Below the pieces are notes generated by a model, which was not told the origin of the DNA, searched no databases, and saw only the letters and a list, made by a program, of their open reading frames with translations. This document shows positions 14,075 through 24,079 of a DNA stretch of 63,647 nt, piece after piece. This DNA is from Gnetum montanum (taxonomy: Eukaryota > Plantae > Gnetophyta), in the NCBI GenBank assembly GCA_015680685.1, contig MNCI01001745.1, positions 1,137,330-1,200,976 of the forward strand, read 5' to 3'. How positions within the stretch are numbered: position 1 is the stretch's first letter; each line of letters starts with the position of its first letter. The position numbers were made by a program, and so were the translations under genes.

Positions 14075-14604
14075 TATGCTCCTACTCTATAAAATAAAAT
14101 AAAAAATTAATTAATTAATTACAAAATAATTACAAAATAAATGTTAGACACATACAAATAAAGCATACTAAATGCTAAATGTAGAATCCTATGTGTCAAT
14201 GACTCATCAAGCACATAATACTTACTTAAACACCAACAAAGGGTTTAGTACACATGTTGAAAATAAAATAAATCAAAGTATTCAATATACCTTATAAGGG
14301 TAATTAAAAAGCATATATCTTAAATATGTAATACATATATGCTTAAAGTAAAATAAGATAAAATAAAATACATATATGCTTAAAAATTATTAAAAGTAAA
14401 AACAAGACACATGTAAATAGAAACCCAAAAGTGCAATAATAACCAAAGCTCAAATACATAAATAAATGCAAAAATATGCAACATTTCAAAGCATAACAAA
14501 GATAAAGGTCCAATTATAAAGAAAGATTAGACAAACAAGATATCAAGGGCTCAAATCACAAGACATAATAATGAGGGAAGGGTATCTAGAATAGGGATGC
14601 TACA
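14075..14604 (-). mobile_element. LTR 5' end related to the Tekay LTR at 10188, in inverted orientation
   Basis: Reverse complement reads TGTAGCATCCCTATTCTAGATACCCTTCCCTCATTATTATG, versus TATTACATCCATATTCTAGGAGCCCCTTTACCCCCATCATTAGTATG at 10188. Confidence 0.4.
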
Positions 14605-15317
14605 TGATGTTTTTAGTAGTTTTTTTATTAGTGTCTAATGTATTAGTTTCAATATTTTAGTAGTCTTTTGTTAATGCAGGTGTTTTATTTATTTTTTACC
14701 AAATTTAAATCATTCTTTATGGATTCTTGGTATTTTAATTATGTCTCAACTACATCTCTATTTAATTAATGATGTATATATAACTTAGAAAGTTCAATAT
14801 ACTAGCTACTACTTAATGTTTATTCACTAAAAATATTGCGTATGATTTATATGATTTTTCTTATATGTAATAGAATTTGATTTTTCTATTTTGCACTAGT
14901 GTACATGATTGATTGATAGATGTGAAGCTTTGAAACTTGAGACTATTAACATCTTTAGGAACTTATCTTCTCAATTTGGAAAACTTGTTGAAAATGTGAG
15001 GTATTAAAATCTCTAATAATTTGCATTTGTTGTCCGATCCCGATCCCCCGGTTTGTTATTCCCCGGATTAAGTTACTAAGAAGGTTTGCACCTTGCATTA
15101 CTTGCTAAGGTATTGGAACACAATTTTTGTTGGCTTCTAAGTTACTGAGAGATTTTACATTGGCAATCAAGTTTGGGAATCAAGTTAAGATCCTCTTAGT
15201 GTACAAGTTATTCTAGTAGAAACCTTTTGAATGCTTCATGTCATTGGTATTAGGATTATTATAGAATGATATTATAGTAAGAAAAAAACCAAGATGAAAA
15301 AACTAGACCTAAGGCAA

Positions 15318-16553
15318 TAAAACACCACCAAGAAATATTATGTTGCAATTTGTAACCTCACCATTAAACCTAATGCTAGAATTATAGTAAAATGTGAAGA
15401 TTGTAATCCATGAGACACAATTTCACATACATTAACTTTTAGGATTAAAAAAATTCCTCATAAGTTGTCACAACCTCCATCCCTAAGTGAAAAATGCCAT
15501 ACCATGTCTATATTTGGGGTTGGTAAGGTTAAAAATCCCTTTTAGAATACCAAATTTGGTAATTTTTATGCATTTTTGTGGGACTATAGCCTCAACTATG
15601 CTAAAACAACCTACCCCTAGCATTGGTGGTGTTGGAGTTTCATTTTCCTAGCAATTGTATTCCACAACGCCAATGTAGGAGCTATTGGCTTTCCATTTTT
15701 TTCATGAAGCTAATGTTGGACTAGTTGGGGTTTTCACTTTTCCAACTATGGCCAACATAATTACCATATTTTCCAATGTAGCTGCAACAAAGCTAGTGTA
15801 GTACCAAAATTTCATTTACTAATTTTAGTATCTAATGTGATTTTGATGACTTTGGATGTATCAAAACTTACCATTAATGGAAACTATGCTAGAGTTGAAA
15901 GCCTACCGCACCTACACATGATTTTAATCTATCAGAAATCATGGAAGAGAATATGCAACAACAAATTGAACACCATCAACCTATTTAAATCAAATTCCAA
16001 TACTTTGAGAGGACTTTTAAAAAATTGGCAATTGGCTAAGCATTGGAGAATCTCAATTGCCTATTCGAAAAAATTCAAGCATTTTTTTCACTATTTTTTA
16101 CAACCAATGTAGTAGATCCACATCTAAGAATTAGCAAGGTGTTTCAAAAGTTGGAGCTTGGAAGCACTTGAATTTTGCAACTCACTATAGAACATAACCT
16201 ATTAGTTTCTTCAGACTTTAGGTAGCACTCAGGCAACTCCTTGTGCATCTTGGCACATACTTGTATATCTTGGAACTCTTCTCTTGCAAATTTTTTATTA
16301 TTTTAATAAAAATCATTAGTTCATTTATTTTTTCATATTTATTTCAAATTAAACTTTTCAGCTTTCTCTTATATTAGATCTACATTTTTCATTTAATTCG
16401 CTTGCACCATTTACAAGTCCTAAGTCGTTGGATGATCAACAAGACTATCCAAGGTGCTTTGGATCCTATTTTTAGAGGTCCTTGGGATCTAAAGTTAAAC
16501 TATTTCATCTAGAATTTTTGGTTTTATAAAGACTAAATTTCTAAAGTGTTATA
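15318..16553 (+). repeat. 5' LTR of element A
   Basis: Starts T(A)AAACACCAC (family consensus TGAAACACCAC) and ends GTGTTATA before the PBS. First ~290 bp align with 31157-31447. Confidence 0.7.
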
Positions 16554-16558
16554 GTTTT

Positions 16559-16573
16559 TGGCACTACAAGGAG
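16559..16573 (+). promoter_or_regulatory. Primer-binding site of element A (Tat/Retand-type TGGCGCTAGAAGGAG, decayed)
   Basis: TGGCACTACAAGGAG. The equivalent in element B is TGGTGCTAGAAAGAG at 44662. Confidence 0.6.
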
Positions 16574-17393
16574 AGCCTATGACCAAACATTCAGCTAAAA
16601 AAATATTTCAAAACATTTCCCAAAGGCCTTTTCCAAAACCTTTTTTTAAAACATTTTTCAAAAAAATTTTGAACCTTTTTCCAAATACCAATTCAATTAC
16701 ATTTCAAATTGAAAAACCTACAAACGTTTAACTTCAAAAACCAACGTTGGTGTTCAATCCCCCACAACCAACACCTAGTGTAGTTGTTATGGGTGAGTTG
16801 GGTTTTTACATCATTTTCACAGAAATTGTTGGACTTTTTAAGGCTAGCATAGTCAACACTTGAAATAGCAATTTTTACCCACCAAAACCTATGTTCAAGA
16901 TATCTTGAAAGTGAGCATAGATCCATAAAAAAATCCAAATATAGCTACTATGAAAATTTTGTAAGGAAGCTAGGCTAGACATTTCTAGGACTCTAGCGTA
17001 GTCCTAGGAAAATTGAAAATTTTCATATTTAATTTCTTAAAACAAACATACCTCCTTCAAGAGAAAAAAATCCTAGCTTGATTTTGGTAAGTGAAAACCA
17101 ACATAGTTTTGGATATACTGTGATCTATTGCACACTCCCTAGCATAGATCTTGCAAGTGAAACCAACATAGTTCTGGATATAAAATTTAAAATCATAACA
17201 TTATTTTCCTAAGTGTAGTATATACCATTTACACTTTAGTAGTAGTTTCAACCATTTTTTTCATTTATAACCAACTAAACCATTGGGAAATCCCACTTAT
17301 TGAAATGTTTACTAAAAATAGTAAAAGGACAAAACAAAATCTTTGATAATGCCTTTTAGCAAGTCCACAATTGTTTCTATTGACATGACAAAC

Positions 17394-20300
17394 ATGGCAT
17401 CTAGTCAAGATGGGGTAAGGATCTATGATCCAAAAGACCTTACTGTGGTTGAGCATAGACAATCACTTAGACAAAGAGGGCGAATCCCAAACTTTGTTTT
17501 ACTCACCGAAGAACATAATAACTATATCTTTGCTAAGATCCAAGCTAGATTACTCATTCCACATGCAAAGGCCAAAGCCAACCATAAGTATGAGTTGATT
17601 CACTATAATGGAAAAGTGTACATACCCTATCCCTATGAAAAAATACCATTGAAAAATGCTAATGTACACATACCCTCTTAATTAATTGAGAGAGACATAT
17701 CGAGTGAGAAGCCTAGTTCAGAGGACCTACATGAAAAACATGATGAATTTGAGGCAAAGCCTAAATTAGAAATTTTCATAGGAAGCCTATTCTAGCAAGC
17801 AGCCCATCAAACTACCACATCCACTTTGGCCTTGCCTATCTATTCCATGGGACAAAGATCTCAACCATCGTCTCCTATATATCCCAAAATGTTTGGGACT
17901 ACACTAGTTATACCAACACACTAGGCATAACCTGTGTCTCAAATAGGCTCCTATTTTTTCCATGCCTTTTTCCATGTAGCCTCAATCTATACAACCCTCT
18001 CACTGATGGTTCTCACCATTTCTTATCCTTTCTCTTTAACAGTGGAACCCACAACAGGACCACATGTAAACCAAGGAACATATACACTATTTGTTCTCTT
18101 TGTGCCTCAAGTACCAGCACAAACATCCTTTTCATTGTTTAGCACATCCATGACCACTATAACCTAGCCTCTTCCTTCTACACCTCAACCCATTATGAGG
18201 CCACAAGACTCTCAATTAACACCTCAATCATTCATACAAACATCACAATCCATGGGGATGCTCCAAGGATTAGATCAAACATTCCAGATGATTCAAGACT
18301 TGATAGAAGAATTACAGAAGCCTAAAGCCTCCACAACTCAAATGATAAAAATCATGTATTTTTATTAGGATGACTCAATTAGTCCTACCATCCCATAGAT
18401 AACTCTTTCATCAAGCATCCCTATACCTTAATTTACCAAGTACAATGGCAAAGGTGACCCTAATGCACACCTTATCACATTCCACTCTGAGTATTTATTG
18501 ATGCAAGCCTAGCTGCATACCATAAGGAAGGTTTTCCCTATGTCCCTTACTAGGAAAGCTTTGGATTGCTACCATGCACTACCAAGAGATCCATATCCTT
18601 ACTAGAATACTTAATTTCATAGTTCATTAAAAATTTCAAGTACAACTTGAAACCTAACATGATTCTTGACTAACTAATGAAGATTAAACAAGAACCCCTT
18701 AAGCTCATACAATTATTTTTACAATGATGGAATGCTCTTCTAAATCAGATTCTAGATCCAATAGCCAAGACTCACCTTCTTACCATATTGAAGAAGGTGG
18801 TTAATGATTTTATTAAGTCAAAACTTTACTATTTGGACCCATAGTCACTTAGCCAAGCATTTTCTCAAATTAAGAACATAGAGGATGTAGCTAAGGCCAG
18901 TCATGACCTAGCCTATGGGGCCTATAAAAATCAACACACAAGAAAGAATAATAATAAAATCAAGTAAGAGCATAAAACTATGGCTGTTGTAACAAAAGAA
19001 TCAAAACAAGTAGAGAGGTAGGGGTCACTGCTTTGCAACACATCTTTAGACTCATCACAACCATCTACTTCATATGCCCTAAATCAACCAAGGTCAAACT
19101 TTTGATGCAAGGATAGATATAAGTGCACAAGATTTCCTGTGAAGCCTTATGAGCTTAAAGAAAACTATACACAACGTAAGAAACTATTTGAGGAAGCTCA
19201 TAAGAGGTACAATCATCATTGCAACATAGTTAGAGATTCAAAAATGGCTACCAAAGATGATCAGAAGCTACCAAAGTACTTTATATTGGATAGGTTTTGC
19301 CATTATGATCAAATGGCCTGCCATGACACCTATTTTATCCTAGAATTAAAGGATGACCTCTAGAAGATGATAGACTATGAAGAGTTGGTGTTGAATGAGC
19401 CTAACTCTCTAAGAGCCAACAACAACTCTTACATTGTAGCCTTATTCATAGAAACCAAATAGTCTAATCTTCCTAGGGAATCATTTGTCATTAAGATGCC
19501 ACTAAGATCCCAAAACACAAAGCCTAGAGAGCCATTTGCCATTAGGATACCACCTCCTGTAACCCCTAAGAAGCCTTTCATCATACATGTCCCTTCTTTA
19601 GTGGCATCAACTTCACAACCAAGACCACAAGTTACCAATCCCCTAAAGCCTAGAAAACCATTTGTTATCTGGGTCCATTGATCTTGAATAAGTAATCCTA
19701 TAACAACCTATGATCAAAGCTCACCTATAGTGGCCCACAACTCTAAGGATAGCAAGAAACCATCACCCCAATGGTGACAAAAATTACTTGTTACCAAACC
19801 AACAACTAAGCCCACCAAAGGTGGCAAAAAATGAAAGGCTTCAAAGTTAACTAACTTACCTAGGTCTACACTAGAATTTACTACATCCATAGAAAAGGGG
19901 TACAAGGAACATATATCAAAACCTAGACAATAAACTCTAGGAAGAATGGAGGAAGTTAAAACCAATAAGGCCAAAAATTTTCACACCAAGGAAAAGAATT
20001 TCTACACAACAATGAAACAAGCCAGATGGTCATAAATAAAACAACACATGACCAAACTTGTATGACTTGATCATAACCTCTCGTGCACATAAGGATGCAC
20101 TAGCTCAAGTGTTAACCTCTATTCCTATGAGTAGAGACATGCTTGTCACTATAGAATCAATCAAATTTGTCATTGAGCAAGATTTTCTTAGGGAAAATGG
20201 GCATCAAACCATGCTCAACTTTCATGATAGTGAAGTTAATATTGACTCTCAAAATGGAGAGGTGCTATCCACTCCTCTGCCCATTACTATATGTGTTGGT

Positions 20301-20904
20301 GGGTACAAGGTTCATCAAGTTCATGTGGATGATGGGGCAATGACTAATGTGGTAGCATTTTCCATTGTTGGCAATCTAGGCTTAACCAAGAATATCTAAG
20401 CAACCACTACCTCAACACTCAAGTCATTTAATGGCTCACAAGTAGTGGTGTGAAGTTCAATCTCCTTGAACATCATGGTTGATGAGCAATTTCCTACATT
20501 TACCAACTTTGTAATGGTTGAGGAGACACATGGCTTCAACTTGATCTTATCAAGGCCATGATTAGCTAAGCTCAATGTAGTCTCATCCCCTATACATCAA
20601 GAGAGTCACTTACCCTATGAGGAAGGGGAAATTATCATTCATGGAGATAACATGTTACTAACTTCAATTAACTATGTCAGCATCGATTGAGGTTCAGAGG
20701 TGAAGTTTTAAAAGAAAACTCCTGATACATAGGTTGGAGCTACCAACAACAAAGATAACAATCATGCTAGCAATATCAACTCTATGACATGGGGTGATCA
20801 ACAAAAATGCATGTAGCTCACCATGTTGAACAAGTGAGATGGTGTACACAAGATCATGACAATGGAACTCATTGATCTATTGAAGATCAAGCAAAAATTT
20901 CATG
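17394..20904 (+). pseudogene. gag: gag-protease of element A (multiple stops and frameshifts)
   Basis: MASSQDGVRIYDPK...; FTKYNGKGDPNAHLITF...VFPMSLTRKALD (gag core); FCHYDQMACHDT..LKDDL (CHHC knuckle); VHQVHVDDGAMTNVV and LILSRP (aspartic protease). Confidence 0.85.
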
Positions 20905-21039
20905 GTAAATGTCTTATTCATTCTTTGGTTAATGATTGGTTGTTTACTTTTGCAACATTATGTCATATTTTGATATTGGCTCTAGGCTTATACGCTCTTT
21001 TGAGAGCATTCCAGACCTACTAGGAAAGCATGGATTGTG

Positions 21040-21190
21040 GCCCGATAAGGCCTAAAATTGGAAACCTAATGATCCTCCATGGCCTAAAATTGATAACCTA
21101 ATGGTCCTTCATGGCCTAAAATTGGCAAATAAAATGGCCTACCAAGGCCTTAAACTGGTGACCTACCATGGCCTAAAAGTGGTAATGTTT
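21040..21190 (+). repeat. ~32-bp tandem repeat (GGCCTAAAATTGG core, 5 units)
   Basis: Cores near 21050, 21081, 21113, 21146 and 21169. The same motif recurs at ~26120, ~26560 and ~26765. Confidence 0.8.
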
Positions 21191-23373
21191 GCATAACCTG
21201 TTTATAGTTGTTATTCCTTAGTCTACCTTTTGTTGGCCTAGTTAACTTACATTTTCACTTTACCGAATATTGCCATATCATCACATGATTCAACTAATTT
21301 AGCCTAGCATATCCTTATGACATGAACAAAACATAAAATAGAGAAGGCATGTAAAACTAAACATAGTCATGATTACATAGTGTGACAAAGGTTCAAACAC
21401 CATATAAAATGAACATAAGTCCAATAGCCATAGCTACACTATGTAGCAATAAAATAAAAAACAATAATAAACCATCTCTCAATAAAATCATCAAAAAAAA
21501 TAAACTAGCCAAAGATATAATCAATAGTTGGTGCTAGGGTGTAATTGGGGATGGTGAAGGATCACTTTTGTCTTGACCACTAGGGATCACTGCCATCATC
21601 TATATCCTGCAATGATTAAAATAAAACATGTTAATAACCAATAGAGGCTTTAACATTGTAATAAAAATTCCAAAAACAAACCAAAACCCTAAAATTAGGC
21701 ATATACAGTGTAGTCCTAAGCCTATAAAAAATTTTAACAAAAATCCAAAACCATAACCACATCCAACAAAAATTACACAAAAAACTTGGAATAGTAGAAA
21801 ATGGCCATAGTGAATCATTGATAAAAAATATGATTTTTTTTTAATATATCAAAAATAATGTCAAACCCTTCATAACACCTCCAAGGATCCCTAAGAACCT
21901 AGTACATTGGTTAAAAATGTTTTGCAAAGTGTCAACATTGCTCATATTCATAGGGTAAAGCCATAAAAGCCAAGAAGTTCACCATACATAGATCTACGAA
22001 AAAAATCACCAAAAATTAACTATGTAACCAACATTGATGATTCCATAGTTTTTGAAGTCTTAAACCATAAAATAAAAATCCAAAACTTGAAAACCCAAAA
22101 ATTCCTAGCCGTTTTTTGCAGAAAAAAGATACCAAAATAACATGAAAAATAGCCATAAACTGAAAATCCATTACACACTAGATTATGGAAACATTTGTAG
22201 AAAATCAACCATAGGTCAAAATTTAGTGGTTTAAAAACTATTTCAACCAATAAACATAGTACTACAACCCTATTGTCATAAAAATTATAAAATGCTAACC
22301 ATTTGCATACAAAAATAATACAAAAGTGGTGTTTCTTTTTTGCTGAAAACTACAGAAAAAACACCTAGGAAAGACTAAAATAAATTTTTAATTCAATATA
22401 CATCAATCCCAAAACAAGAGAAATATTGAAAACCCATAAACATAGCCTAGATCTAACATTTGGATTTTACAAAATTCAAATATACCTAATACACAAACCC
22501 ACACAACCAAAAATCCCTAGGAATCCAATGAAACTTTGCATGAAATGGATAAGAGTTGTGTACTTGGGGATCATGGTAGATGAACCTTCAATGATCAAGT
22601 ATCATCAAAGGTGGAAGAGGCCTTATGTACAAGCATCAACCTCCTGTAAGGCTAGATTCTTGTTGATTGCAACCCTCCTCTATGACATCTTGAACAAGTA
22701 GCACTAAAACTAGTAAAACCTTTAGACTTCTGGGGCCTCTTGCGATAATTGTGCCTACTCCTTGGGATAGAAAGGCAAGACTACATTGGGAATAAGTGTG
22801 GTGGAGGAAATAGTAGGATCAAAACTCTGGTGCTATGTGTTGAAGCGTGGGAGTGATGAAAGAATTATGATTTGTGTAAACTTGTAGTTTGGAAAATACT
22901 TCCAAACTTATGCACCTACCTGCAAAACCTTGGTTTTCTCAAACTGTTCATCCAAGTTTCACTAAACTCAATGATCATAATTATAAATTAAAACTACACT
23001 TGGTAGGTGGAAAATCAATTCATACAAAAACTCAAACTTAAGGTGGACCCCACTGGATGCCTCTACAATAAGCCAATGGAAATCCTAAAAAACTTAGGGT
23101 TTCAGTGTCTCCATGGTGACTACACTAGGGTTTAATCATCTACAAGCCTTGAAGTTCATTCTAAACCCCAAATTCTATCAAAACCCATTTCACAACTATC
23201 CATACATGTCATGAGACCTTATGCCTAAAATGGAAAACTAGGTGTTAACATTGATGGAAACTAAACACTAAGGAAGGCTAAAAAACATATCAAAACCTAC
23301 CATTTTGGTAACTATGCTAACTAGAATTTTGACTACATTACCTAGTGATGAGACGCAACTTGCACTAGGCCAC

Positions 23374-23420
23374 GATATCGCGTATGCGATATCACGTCCC
23401 GCCGCCATATCTATAAATAA
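23374..23420 (+). promoter_or_regulatory. LTR U3 promoter: palindrome GATATCGC-GTAT-GCGATATC and TATA box (TATAAATA, 23412-23419)
   Basis: Read directly from the sequence. A pyrimidine-rich initiator-like tract lies ~25-30 nt downstream. Confidence 0.65.
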
Positions 23421-23530
23421 GAGGCAGCACTCCCTTCATTTCCCAATCCTGGCTAGTGTAGCGAAGCTCTGGTAGATTGATCACTCCAGAGTTAGAATTT
23501 TTCCCCATGTGCCCGCAGTAGGAGTCCTAG

Positions 23531-24079
23531 AGTGAACGGCTCTTTATTCGAGCAGCTTGTAACCTGAACCCAAGTTGTGTACGGCAATAAAGACGAACTT
23601 GTTTGGATAAACCTTGCAGCACGTGGTTTCATTTATTGCTTTATTTCCTGCTTTCCTAGTGCGTTCAAGTACGACTTGATTATGAGCTTCTACGGACGTG
23701 TACGGCTAGTCAAGGAATCGGCTGCTTGACGCAATGCATGAGTACGACTCAATTACGAGCATTGGATGCTTGGTAACCCAGTAGCGTATTCCAGGATTCT
23801 GCGCTTGGTAACTCCCGGGTCTAATGTGTACGGCTAGTTGAGGAATCGGCTGCTCATTGCTAGGCTAGATCGTGTGATAAGTACGACTTAGTTACGAGCA
23901 CCCATGGGTGTGTACGGCTGGCTAAGGAATCGGCTGCTTATCACACGTAGGCTAAATAGGTGCCTCAGTACGACCACTTCGAGCACTTGCGTTACGTGTG
24001 GCGATCCCAGTAACGATTAGCGTTTGGTAAGCTGCAGTTGCATAGTTCAGGGTGTGTCCAGTAAGTGGGAACGGATGCT
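23531..24079 (+). ncRNA. Structured-RNA module array in the solo LTR (hairpins 23531-23609, 23660-23733, 23731-23860, 23871-23947, 23967-24079)
   Basis: Stems differ in sequence between units but always pair. Loop strands CGA and GTACGGC/GAATCGGC/GAACGGC are conserved. Compensatory changes are seen relative to copy 1. Confidence 0.75.

Noticed and set aside
15028-15070. Short CpG-containing patch (CCGATCCCGATCCCCCGG...CCCCGG)
   Set aside because: Too short, with no termini, TSD or partner to interpret.
23346-23400. Hammerhead ribozyme / retrozyme suggested by TGATGAG
   Set aside because: It is the LTR terminal inverted repeat. The preceding C is missing and I found no stem II-GAAA-stem III-UH arrangement.
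23660-23950. CRISPR-like repeat-spacer array (GTGTACGGCTAG...GGAATCGGCTGCT repeats)
   Set aside because: Two alternating motifs whose variable parts base-pair with each other, irregular spacing, location inside a eukaryotic LTR with TSD, and no cas genes.
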